Positions 29,240 through 38,427 of a stretch of DNA of 64,000 nt are shown in pieces. Each line of letters starts with the position of its first letter. Within the stretch, counting starts at the first letter, position 1. Source of the DNA: Thermoproteota archaeon (GTDB taxonomy: Archaea; Korarchaeota; Korarchaeia; Korarchaeales; Korarchaeaceae); the NCBI GenBank assembly GCA_027491395.1, contig JAOZFI010000039.1, forward strand, positions 32,001 through 96,000. Direction: 5' to 3'. The position numbers and the translations under genes were made by a program. Below the pieces are notes generated by a model. That model made no database searches, had not been told where the DNA came from, and was given only the letters and a program-made list of their open reading frames with translations.

Positions 29240-30622
29240 ATGTCCGAGCACAAGCCGACTGTTGAGGAGCTTCTTAAGAAGGCTGAAAAGCCTTCCAAGC
29301 TAGCCCTTGCATATCACCCATTTTATGAGGGCAAGGTCCAGGTCATGCCCAAATGTGTCGTCAGGGATGTGGACGACTTTGCCATATGGTATACGCCCGG
29401 AGTTGCAGCCTCGTGCAAGGTGATAAAGGAGGATCCCGAGCAGTCCTTCTACCATACCAACAGGTGGAATTACGTTGCCGTCGTGAGCGACGGCACCAGA
29501 GTTCTGGGCCTCGGCAATATAGGTCCGGAAGCAGGTCTACCCGTGATGGAGGGTAAGGCCCTCCTGTTCAAGTATCTAGGGGGCGTTGATGCCTTTCCAC
29601 TGGTTGTTAGGGCTCACAAGCCAGATGAGATGCTCAAACTCTTGGAATGGATCGAGCCCAACTTTGGTGGGATCAATTTGGAGGATATAGAGAAGCCGAA
29701 ATGCTATTACGTGCTGGAAGAAGCTAGAAAAAGGTTGGAAATTCCCGTATGGCACGATGATCAGCAGGGCACAGCAACTGTAGTCTATGCGGGTCTAAAG
29801 AATGCATTTAAACTAGTTGGTAAGGATATGAAGCAATCTAAAATAGTATTCTATGGAGCGGGGGCTGCTAACCTGAGAAGTGCAATAGTCTTGATAAAGG
29901 CAGGCGTTCCACCTAAGAACATAGTAATGATAGACAGCAAAGGGCCTCTCTACAGGGATAGACCAGACATGGAGAGTATAAAGGAGAAAGATCCATGGAA
30001 ATACGATCTGACCATGAAGACCAACGGAGAAAACGCGAAAACCATAGAAGAGGCATTCAAGGGAGCTGATGCCTTGGTAGCCATGAGCAAGCCTGGGCCG
30101 GGAGTGGTTAAGAAGGAATGGATAAAGTTGATGAATGACGATCCCATAGTATTCGCTTGTGCGAATCCAATACCTGAGATATGGCCATGGGAGGCCAAGG
30201 AGGCCGGAGCTAAGATAGTAGCTACGGGCAGGAGCGACTTCCCGAATCAAGTGAACAATAGCCTCGGATTCCCCGCCATATTCAGAGGGGTCCTAGATGT
30301 CAGAGCTAAAACTATAACAGACGAGATGTGCATAGCCGCTGGAGATGCTTTAGCCAAGTTCGCTGAGGAAAAGGGGATACATGAAGACTATATAATCCCA
30401 ACCATGGACGAGTGGGAGGTCTACCCAATCGAGGCCGTTGCTGCAGCTGAGCAGTCCATCAAACAAGGAGTTGCTAGGAAGATCCTCAGCAGGAACGAGC
30501 TCTACGAGAGGGCGGTGAATATAATCAAGAATGCCAGAGAAGCAACTAAGCTTCTCATGGAGAAGGGCCTGATACCCTCACCGCCTCCCGAGGAGGAGGT
30601 CTTGGAGAGCTACGGCCCGTAA
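29240..30622 (+). CDS. mae: NAD(P)-dependent malic enzyme
   Basis: [56 protein letters not shown]. Confidence 0.95.
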   Translation: MSEHKPTVEELLKKAEKPSKLALAYHPFYEGKVQVMPKCVVRDVDDFAIWYTPGVAASCKVIKEDPEQSFYHTNRWNYVAVVSDGTRVLGLGNIGPEAGLPVMEGKALLFKYLGGVDAFPLVVRAHKPDEMLKLLEWIEPNFGGINLEDIEKPKCYYVLEEARKRLEIPVWHDDQQGTATVVYAGLKNAFKLVGKDMKQSKIVFYGAGAANLRSAIVLIKAGVPPKNIVMIDSKGPLYRDRPDMESIKEKDPWKYDLTMKTNGENAKTIEEAFKGADALVAMSKPGPGVVKKEWIKLMNDDPIVFACANPIPEIWPWEAKEAGAKIVATGRSDFPNQVNNSLGFPAIFRGVLDVRAKTITDEMCIAAGDALAKFAEEKGIHEDYIIPTMDEWEVYPIEAVAAAEQSIKQGVARKILSRNELYERAVNIIKNAREATKLLMEKGLIPSPPPEEEVLESYGP

Positions 30623-30712
30623 TTTCTCTCCTATTTTTCGAGCCCTCTTACTCCGGGGAGCCCCGCCAGCTGCATACAGTTCACTTTTTAACGCTGGGTG
30701 TCCTCCTAGCTT

Positions 30713-32323
30713 ATGCGGCTAAGCTTCGCAGCATTACTGACACTCTTGCTCGCATCACAAGCCCTCCCAATCCAAGCATCCCCGCAGGGTCTTAAGATCC
30801 TAATAATAGCCAACGAGTTCGATTCCAAGGCCGCAGATGTATTGAAGGCGGCCCTCTTGGAGCTTGGCATGAAAGTGGAGAGGTCCACTAAGCCTTCTGA
30901 TGGTTACGAGCTCTATTTCGTCCTAGGTGGGCCGCTTGCTAAGGATGTGGGACACCTCTCTAGGAAGCTGCTACCTCGAGAGGAGTCACAAGCTCTCATG
31001 AATGTTAGGGGGTACTGGACTTTTGTCCTCTCTTCCATTGATGGGAGGGACGCTCTGGTCATCGCGGGTCACACTAGAAAGGAGACCCTACAAGCCGTCA
31101 AGTCCCTCCTAGACAAAGGGATTGTGGACTTCGTGGTTGATAGGGAGGTGAGGATAGCACCCCCTCTCTCTGAAAAAGAGATGAGGAATACTACCTCGCT
31201 TCACTTCAAGTGGAGGTTCCCCCCCAAGGTGGGCAAGGACTACGAGTTCTCTCTAGATGTTCCCTTACCTCTAATAGATTTCTTTAAGGTCAAACCGAGG
31301 ATGAAAGTGGTCGAGTTCAATGAGAGCAAAGAGACCCTGATATTCACGTGGTACCTGATGGTCAGGACGCCCCACGACGATCCTTACATCTCCAAACTAG
31401 TAGAAAAGCTCGAATCCATTGCAGAGAGCGAGGGAATGGACGAGTATAGGAAGCTCTGGTTCGTCGCCTCCTTCGTCCAGAGCCTGAAGTACTCGTTAGC
31501 AAACGAGTTCTCCCCCACCGGGGATTACCCCAGCTACCCGTTAGAGACCCTTTACAGGGGTAACGGCGATTGCGAGGACCTATCAATACTCCTCATATCC
31601 CTCTACGAGCAAATGGGCTACAAGTCAGCCCTTCTGATAATGCCCACCCACGCTGCGGCCGCTGTATCCATGAATCCTGAACTGGTGAGGTGGCCTCGTG
31701 TCAGGGCTGATGTGATAGACTTTGAGGGGACACCAGTTGTTCTCGTTGATCTTCTAGATCTCCAGAGAAAATTGGAGGAGGGACCAGCTTCCTTGGAATT
31801 CGAACTAGGTGGGACGAGCTACTTCTACGTGGAGACCACTAACTTCTTCATGCCAGGCGAGATTCCTGATCTGACGTGGCTGGCCGATCAAATAGGCTGG
31901 TACTACAGGGAATTCCCCCTCTTCGTCGTGAGCACGGAGGGAGTCTCCGTTCCACTCATAGCCAACTACATCATAGCCACTAGGAGGATAGGAGACGGGT
32001 ACGGGGTTACGGTTATAGTCAAGGTAGCCAACGTGGGTGATAGGGAAACGGTTCCCCTCAGACTGGAAGCTCAACTCTACCCCCTAAGCCAGGTGAAGGT
32101 TGGAGGGAACGATCCCCACCTCGTGAGACTCGGGGAAGCTGGCGATAGGTTGACCTTGGACAGGAAGGTCGAGCTGGTGGATGTGGGTTCCTTGAAATCG
32201 GGTACTGTAAAGACGATAGTGATCAACTTCTATACCGTGGTCTCAAAGATGGGCGCAGGCATCACTCTGAAGTACCAAGATTCGGATCTGGATTTCATCA
32301 GGATAAGGCCGTTCAATCCGTGA
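30713..32323 (+). CDS. Exported transglutaminase-like protein with N-terminal S-layer/CWB2-like module
   Basis: Signal peptide; VLGGPLA..IAGHTRKET; FVQSLKY, YPLETL, GDCED, HAA, YVETT; C-terminal Ig-like domain. Confidence 0.8.
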   Translation: MRLSFAALLTLLLASQALPIQASPQGLKILIIANEFDSKAADVLKAALLELGMKVERSTKPSDGYELYFVLGGPLAKDVGHLSRKLLPREESQALMNVRGYWTFVLSSIDGRDALVIAGHTRKETLQAVKSLLDKGIVDFVVDREVRIAPPLSEKEMRNTTSLHFKWRFPPKVGKDYEFSLDVPLPLIDFFKVKPRMKVVEFNESKETLIFTWYLMVRTPHDDPYISKLVEKLESIAESEGMDEYRKLWFVASFVQSLKYSLANEFSPTGDYPSYPLETLYRGNGDCEDLSILLISLYEQMGYKSALLIMPTHAAAAVSMNPELVRWPRVRADVIDFEGTPVVLVDLLDLQRKLEEGPASLEFELGGTSYFYVETTNFFMPGEIPDLTWLADQIGWYYREFPLFVVSTEGVSVPLIANYIIATRRIGDGYGVTVIVKVANVGDRETVPLRLEAQLYPLSQVKVGGNDPHLVRLGEAGDRLTLDRKVELVDVGSLKSGTVKTIVINFYTVVSKMGAGITLKYQDSDLDFIRIRPFNP

Positions 32324-32332
32324 GGTGATCAG

Positions 32333-33427
32333 ATGGCCGGGGACATGCTGGGGAGAGAGCTGCGCTTGATATCTTTCGGAGAGAGCCACGGAGGTGTGGT
32401 GGGAGCCGTTGTGGAGGGAGTCCCCGCTGGGCTCCCACTGGATGAGTCTGATGTGCAGGAGCTGCTCGATCTAAGGAGGCCCGGCCAGTCCGAGTACACC
32501 ACTAGCAGGTCGGAGTCAGATAGGGTGGTGATCCTCAGCGGGGTCTTCAGGGGGAGAACCACAGGTGCTCCGATCGCGATGATAGTGCGGAACGAGGACA
32601 TCGTTTCCTCCTATTACGAGGAGTTCCTGAGGACCCCAAGGCCCGGACATGCTGATTACGTGGCTAGGCTCAAGTACGGGGGCTACAACGATTACAGAGG
32701 TGGGGGTAGGTTCTCAGGTCGAATGACCATCTCGATGTGCATGGGGGGAGCTATAGCGAGGAAGCTCCTTAAGAGTATCGGGACGGAGATTATAGCTTAC
32801 TCGCTGGAGATAGGGGGAGAAAGGGCATCAGACTTCACGCTGGACGAGGCTAAGGAGTACAGGTATAGGAACCCAGTTAGGGCCCCCAACGAGGAGAGCT
32901 ACAAGAGGATGGCCGAAGCCATAGAGAGTGCCAGAAGGGAGGGGGATAGTGTGGGAGGGGTGGTTGAAGCCGTAGCTCTGAATGTGCCACCCGGTTTGGG
33001 CGAACCTCTCTTCGATACCATAGAGGGCGATGTGGCGAAGGCCATGTTCTCCATACCGGCTGTCAAGGGAGTGGAGTTCGGCTCTGGCTTCAAAGCGGCG
33101 AGGATGAAGGGATCGGAGCACAACGATCCGCTGGTAATAAGGGATGGGAAGGTGGCTTACGCCAAGAACGATCACGGTGGTGTCATAGGCGGCATTACCA
33201 CAGGAGAGCCGGTCTTGGTCAGGGTCGCCTTCAAGCCCACCTCGTCCATAGCCAAGCCACAGCGTACTGTGGACCTTGAGGAGATGAGGGATGTGGAGAT
33301 AAGGGTTAAAGGGAGGCACGATCCATGCATTGTGCCGAGGGCTGTAGTGGTGGTCGAGAGCATGCTGGCCTTCGTGCTAGCCGATCACGCGATCAGGGCC
33401 GGCCTCATACCCAAGGTGCTGAGGTGA
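32333..33427 (+). CDS. aroC: Chorismate synthase
   Basis: FGESHG, RRPGQ, PRPGHAD, RGGGRFSGR, FKPTSSI, GRHDPC. Confidence 0.97.
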   Translation: MAGDMLGRELRLISFGESHGGVVGAVVEGVPAGLPLDESDVQELLDLRRPGQSEYTTSRSESDRVVILSGVFRGRTTGAPIAMIVRNEDIVSSYYEEFLRTPRPGHADYVARLKYGGYNDYRGGGRFSGRMTISMCMGGAIARKLLKSIGTEIIAYSLEIGGERASDFTLDEAKEYRYRNPVRAPNEESYKRMAEAIESARREGDSVGGVVEAVALNVPPGLGEPLFDTIEGDVAKAMFSIPAVKGVEFGSGFKAARMKGSEHNDPLVIRDGKVAYAKNDHGGVIGGITTGEPVLVRVAFKPTSSIAKPQRTVDLEEMRDVEIRVKGRHDPCIVPRAVVVVESMLAFVLADHAIRAGLIPKVLR

Positions 33428-33432
33428 AGTTA

Positions 33433-34776
33433 ATGGAGGACCTGAGAGCGAGGGTGAGGGAGGTAACCCTCAGGTTAGTGGAGTTGTATGCCGAGAGAAT
33501 GTCCTTGATCAGGCAGATAGCTGAGTTGAAGAGGGAGAGAGGCCTTCCAGTCAAAGACGAGGCCGTGGAGACCAAGCTTTGGGACGAGGTTTCAGCCAAG
33601 TGTAAGGAGAGGGGGCTGGATCAGCTGGATTGCAGGAGGATCTTCAGCTTCCTGATCTCCTCCTCCATCAGAGCTCAAATCCCGGAGGGCGGCGGAGCAG
33701 GACCGCACGTGGAGGTCTTCAGGAGGGCCAAGGAGATCGAGAGGTCCGGCACGAAGGTGTACCACCTCGAGGTGGGCGAGCCTCCGTGGTCCTTTCCGCC
33801 AGCGGTCTTTGATTCCTTAGTGGAGGCCATAAAGAGGGGGGAGACCAGATACAGCACCCCAACTGGCACCTTCAGGTTCAGGGAAGCTGCCTCCGAGTGG
33901 CTCTCACGCAGGGACGGCATTGACGCCAATCCGGAGGAGGTAATACCCACGCCGGGATCCAAGTACGCGATCTTCTCTATATTGTCCACCTTCCTCAGAC
34001 CGGGTGACAGGGTGGGGGTACTGCTCCCTGCCTGGCCTGCCTACAGGGGAATGGCGTCTCATCTCTCCTTGGAGATGATCGAGATCGATTCGACTGAGGA
34101 GGTCGAGAAGCTTGAGGGCGTCAGAGCCTTCATCCTTTGCTCTCCCAACAATCCCGATGGGAAGGTGTGGTCCAAGAAGGAGCTTGAATCCCTGGCAGAG
34201 GTTTTGAGGGAGACGGGTGCACTTCTAATCAGCGACGACGCGTATGCGGAGTTATCGTTCTCGGAGAGGGTTCCCCCCTCTAGGGTGTACGAGAACACCA
34301 TATCGGTGAACACCCTGTCGAAGGCTTTCGGAATGACCGGCTTCAGGCTGGGATACGTGCATGGGAATGAGGAGAAGGTGAAGAAACTGGCCAAGTTCAT
34401 CGGCCTGACGATCACGAATGTCCCTGAGTTCATCCAAGAGGCTGGAGCTTCGGCCTTGGAGTCAGCTGGCGACTGGATTCCTAGGGTGATGGAGCACCTG
34501 ATCTCCTACCTTGACTTGGCCATGAGGAAACTCGAGGGAGCTCCTCTCAAGATGAACAGACCTGATGGAGCACTATATCTCTTCCCAAGGGTGGAGCTCG
34601 ATGACTTCGACTCGATGTACTTCGCGTTCAGACTGTTGGAGGATAAGAAGATAGCTGTCGCACCCGGATCGGGGTTCGGTCCCTACAAAGACAGGCTGAG
34701 GATCACTTACGCCAGTCCCGATGCAGATAAGGGATTGAGACTCCTAAGGGAGGCCCTACAGTCTTGGAAGTCCTAG
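33433..34776 (+). CDS. Chorismate mutase (AroQ) fused to a class I aminotransferase
   Basis: N-terminal LRARVREVT..ERM..IAELK..PVKDEAVE; then LEVGEP, SPNNPDG, SDDAY, SKAFGMTGFRLG, PGSGFG. ATG 33433 follows GAGGTGA. Confidence 0.88.
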   Translation: MEDLRARVREVTLRLVELYAERMSLIRQIAELKRERGLPVKDEAVETKLWDEVSAKCKERGLDQLDCRRIFSFLISSSIRAQIPEGGGAGPHVEVFRRAKEIERSGTKVYHLEVGEPPWSFPPAVFDSLVEAIKRGETRYSTPTGTFRFREAASEWLSRRDGIDANPEEVIPTPGSKYAIFSILSTFLRPGDRVGVLLPAWPAYRGMASHLSLEMIEIDSTEEVEKLEGVRAFILCSPNNPDGKVWSKKELESLAEVLRETGALLISDDAYAELSFSERVPPSRVYENTISVNTLSKAFGMTGFRLGYVHGNEEKVKKLAKFIGLTITNVPEFIQEAGASALESAGDWIPRVMEHLISYLDLAMRKLEGAPLKMNRPDGALYLFPRVELDDFDSMYFAFRLLEDKKIAVAPGSGFGPYKDRLRITYASPDADKGLRLLREALQSWKS

Positions 34777-35552
34777 TTGTGGGAGCTGGAGCCTTGGGCA
34801 GCGTCTTGGCAGAGTACTTGGTTAGAGAGCATTCGGTCTCAGTGTACGATGTAGATAAAGGGAGATCTTCTCGACTGGCTGATCGGATAGGAGGTAGACC
34901 TATAGAGAGCTTGGGAAGTCCCCTCTTGTACGATGTGGTGGTAATCTCCGTTCCTATCTCTGCGACCCCCTCGGTGATTCGAGATGTATCCTCCAAGATG
35001 AATGGGGGAACGATAGTCGAGGTCTCGTCGGTCAAGTCGCATGTGGTTCCTTCGATGAGGGAGGCCAGTGGAAGGGGCATAGAGACTGTATCCATTCACC
35101 CTCTCTTCGGACCCGGACTAAGTGATCTATCTAGGGGGAGAGCAGCCCTTATCCCTATCGTCAACGCGGAGAGGGAACTAGAGATATCATCCTCCCTCTT
35201 CCCATTTGAACACGTGATTGTGAGCGTCGAGGATCATGATAGGGCCATGGCATGGCTAGCCCTCGTTCATCTCATCCTACACGCCTTCCTCTCATCCTCC
35301 GAAGGTGAGGCCGAGGTAATCAAGTCGCTCGAGACAACGACCCTTAGGTGGTTCCTTAGACTGGGCGCTTCCTCACTACTCCAGAGTGAATCCCTGACGG
35401 AAGACCTCGTTAAGGAGAACCCGTACTTTCAGGAAGTGCTAGATCGCTTCTTAAGCTCGATGAGCCGGGATGTGGGGCAACTCAGGAAAAGGCTGAGGAG
35501 GTGGATAGACCTCCTCGATCTCGAATCGTCCTACAGATCCCTTTACGGATGA
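34764..35552 (+). CDS. tyrA: Prephenate/arogenate dehydrogenase
   Basis: GAGALG, SVPI, EVSSVK, HPLFGP, EDHDRAMA. Confidence 0.88.
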   Translation: MEVLVVGAGALGSVLAEYLVREHSVSVYDVDKGRSSRLADRIGGRPIESLGSPLLYDVVVISVPISATPSVIRDVSSKMNGGTIVEVSSVKSHVVPSMREASGRGIETVSIHPLFGPGLSDLSRGRAALIPIVNAERELEISSSLFPFEHVIVSVEDHDRAMAWLALVHLILHAFLSSSEGEAEVIKSLETTTLRWFLRLGASSLLQSESLTEDLVKENPYFQEVLDRFLSSMSRDVGQLRKRLRRWIDLLDLESSYRSLYG

Positions 35553-35559
35553 GGGTCAC

Positions 35560-36501
35560 TCACTCCTCTATCTCGGCGGGATCATCATCGGTGCTCGGCT
35601 CTACTTCCTCCTCCAGTATTTTCTGAACGAACACAGGATGCTGGAACAGGGAATGATGCATCTCAGGTGAGTAGAACTTCGTCCTCCCCTCCAATCCCCT
35701 CTCCCTGAACCTCCTCGCTAGAATCTCAGTCTCTACATCTGGAGGTACCACGTAGTTAGATCCGAAGGAAAACGTCCAATCGTCGGTGAACGATGGGATA
35801 TAGGCTCTCGCCAAAGCATACTTGGGGAACACCTCCCTTATGGCCCTGTACACCCTTTGGAAAGCCAACCTGTTTATGTGCAGTCCGGTGCTGTGAGTTA
35901 CCATGAGGCCGCCCTCCCTCAGGATATTCCTCACCTTTCCGTAGAACTCCCTAGTGTATAGCCTGGCGGCCTGCCCATAGGGGTCAGTCAGGTCGAGGAT
36001 GACCACATCGAACTTCTCCTCCACACTTTCCACGTAAGCCCTCCCATCACCGATCACAAGCTTCAGCCTGTCGTCATCGAAGGCACCAGCCGGTACCTCT
36101 GGTAGATGCCTCGTCACCAGATCTATGACCGATCTGTCCAGTTCCACCATGGTGACCTCCTCAACGGGATGCTTTAGTACCTCTCTCAGGGCTCCTCCAT
36201 CTCCTCCACCTATTATCAGGACCCTCTCAGGCCTCTCAACAGATAGTAAAGCCGGATGAACGAGGGTCTCGTGATAGATGAACTCATCGTACAGGGAGAG
36301 CATCACTATGTGCTCTATGAAGAGCGACCTCCCGTAGAACGGGAAATCAACTACCTCCACCAGTTGTCCCGCTTTACTCTGCTCTGAGGAGACGACCCTC
36401 TCCACGGGCGTCAGAGTGGCGAGGTTAGGACCAGCGTGCTCCAAGTAAAGAAGGATCCCATCGATGGTGCGCAGCCCGGGCTTCGGCAGCTTGGGGGACA
36501 T
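35560..36501 (-). CDS. speE: Polyamine aminopropyltransferase
   Basis: DEFIYHETLVHP, VLIIGGGDGG, VELD, DVVILDLTDP. Confidence 0.93.
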   Translation of the reverse strand: MSPKLPKPGLRTIDGILLYLEHAGPNLATLTPVERVVSSEQSKAGQLVEVVDFPFYGRSLFIEHIVMLSLYDEFIYHETLVHPALLSVERPERVLIIGGGDGGALREVLKHPVEEVTMVELDRSVIDLVTRHLPEVPAGAFDDDRLKLVIGDGRAYVESVEEKFDVVILDLTDPYGQAARLYTREFYGKVRNILREGGLMVTHSTGLHINRLAFQRVYRAIREVFPKYALARAYIPSFTDDWTFSFGSNYVVPPDVETEILARRFRERGLEGRTKFYSPEMHHSLFQHPVFVQKILEEEVEPSTDDDPAEIEE

Positions 36502-36538
36502 AGGGCTCCTTATCCAGCCGGACTTAAAAATATGGTCA

Positions 36539-37606
36539 CTAGAGGAGGGATTTGGAGAGGAGCTCGGCTATGGAGTCTACATACTCCTCATCTATGAACC
36601 CCTCCTCCTGCAGGATAGCTAGTTCACCGTAAACGATCTCCCTCAGGTCCTCAGACAGGAGGTTACTTCCCCACTCTATCCTGTCCACCCTGATTATTGA
36701 GGAGAATCTCCTGTTCACCTCGGTCTCGTCGAAGAGTGAATCGAACCTCCCAAGGAGGTCCTTGACCCTGTGGGTCAGTCCCGGGGTCTTGAACCTGAGA
36801 TTGGATACTAGAAATCTCCTCCTAGCCTTTCCCTTTGTCTCGACCAGATAGACTGGTAAGAGAATCTCCCCTATGGGGGGCGCGGATCTCAGCGTGCTGA
36901 CCAGTTCCTCATACGCCCTCGCAGCGCCTTCTATCCTCGAAATCAGAGAAGAGCACGCCCCCTCTATTCGGCTCCTCTCGTGCTGATACTCTCTCCTGAG
37001 GCTCGAGTCCGGTGGATACCTCTCAATCCACAAGTCCAGCTCCCTCACCATCTCATCGCAGGAGAACCTCACCTCAGACGCGAGTCGAGTGAGCCTCCTA
37101 AGGGAGGACTCCAGCTCGTCAAGCCTGCCCATCAGGGACCTAACCTCTCTGGAGGAGAGGGGATCGCATTCGCGGCTGACTTGGAAGCACAGGTCAACTT
37201 CGGTCGTCCTACTCAGCAGAGGGAACAGGAAGCTGGGGGCGATTCCCTCTAATCTCACCTCCTCACTTGGGGGCCTGAAGGAAGATAAGGCGGACACTCT
37301 AGATGCGAAAGTCCTGTGATCCAAGGCAGTTCTCAGCGTGGAGAGGGCTGACTCCCAAGCTCTCACATCTTCCAACCTGTAGACAGGTTCTAGGGAGCAG
37401 ACCCTGTCTATCACCACCGAGAGCCCATCCGCTGAGACTCCCTTAAGGGGAACGTACCCCAACCTAATGGAGTCGAGGACCTCCTCTTTCCTGCTGAACA
37501 GACCTTTCTTCTTCCTCTTCTCCTGTATGAAAGAGAGTATGGCCGTCAAGTGAGCCGCCAGATTATGTCTGGGATAATCCAATAGTATGTTCACGACCTC
37601 GGCCAT
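36539..37606 (-). CDS. Hypothetical soluble protein with central coiled coil
   Basis: 355-aa ORF with host-like codon use, overlapping the upstream gene; no motif recognised. Confidence 0.7.
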   Translation of the reverse strand: MAEVVNILLDYPRHNLAAHLTAILSFIQEKRKKKGLFSRKEEVLDSIRLGYVPLKGVSADGLSVVIDRVCSLEPVYRLEDVRAWESALSTLRTALDHRTFASRVSALSSFRPPSEEVRLEGIAPSFLFPLLSRTTEVDLCFQVSRECDPLSSREVRSLMGRLDELESSLRRLTRLASEVRFSCDEMVRELDLWIERYPPDSSLRREYQHERSRIEGACSSLISRIEGAARAYEELVSTLRSAPPIGEILLPVYLVETKGKARRRFLVSNLRFKTPGLTHRVKDLLGRFDSLFDETEVNRRFSSIIRVDRIEWGSNLLSEDLREIVYGELAILQEEGFIDEEYVDSIAELLSKSLL

Positions 37607-38427
37607 CTCGATCTCTCCTCCAGTACACCAAGTTCCCTCACCAGCTCATCTGGTATCCTCCATCCAACCGATCCAGCTAACTCCTCCACATGATCTACGC
37701 GGGATGCCTTCGGAATTGCTACAACCATCGGCTTGGATATGAGCCAGTTTATCGCCACCTGAGCTGGGGTCTTTCCCAGCCTAGCAGCTATCACCTTCAG
37801 CTTCTGGGGTGGTCTCTTCGCCAGTCTCCCCCTGTCTAGAGGGCTGTACGCCATGAGGGTTATTCTCTCCCTCTGACAGTAGGGAAGCAAGTCCTCCTCG
37901 GGTTCCCTCACCCTAAGGCTGTACTCCACCTGATTGGTCACCACGTCATTATGCTCCAGCAGTTCCCTAGCTCTCTTCAACAGATCTAGTGAGAAGTTGC
38001 TCACCCCGATGTATCTCACGATGCCCTCGCTAATCAGCTCCTCCATCGCCCTCAGCGTTTCCTCGAGCGGGTAGGATAGATTCGGCCAGTGGATGAGGTA
38101 TATATCGATGTATGTACCGAGCCTCGCAGCGCTGGCCCTAGCTGCCCTCTTCACCGAATCGTACGCTAGGTTGGTCCCCCATACCTTGGTGACGATGGTG
38201 AGGGACTCCCTGTCGAAAGGTTTTATGGCCTCGCCAACCAGTTCCTCAGCCTTTCCCCACCCGTACATCTCCGCCGTGTCTATGAGCGTCATCCCCAGTT
38301 CAATGCCCCTCCTAAGCGCAGCTATTGCTTCCTCCTTGGGAGCTGCTTCTATCTGGTAAGTGCCGAGGCCCACCTTGGGTATCTTAACATCTGTACCGTC
38401 AAGCTCCTCGTATTCCACGGGGATCAC
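37591..38427 (-). CDS. Aldo/keto reductase
   Basis: GLGTY, IDTAEMYG, TK, YLIHWP, IGVSNF, NQVEYS, AYSPL, IPKAS. Confidence 0.95.
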   Translation of the reverse strand: MIPVEYEELDGTDVKIPKVGLGTYQIEAAPKEEAIAALRRGIELGMTLIDTAEMYGWGKAEELVGEAIKPFDRESLTIVTKVWGTNLAYDSVKRAARASAARLGTYIDIYLIHWPNLSYPLEETLRAMEELISEGIVRYIGVSNFSLDLLKRARELLEHNDVVTNQVEYSLRVREPEEDLLPYCQRERITLMAYSPLDRGRLAKRPPQKLKVIAARLGKTPAQVAINWLISKPMVVAIPKASRVDHVEELAGSVGWRIPDELVRELGVLEERSRWPRS

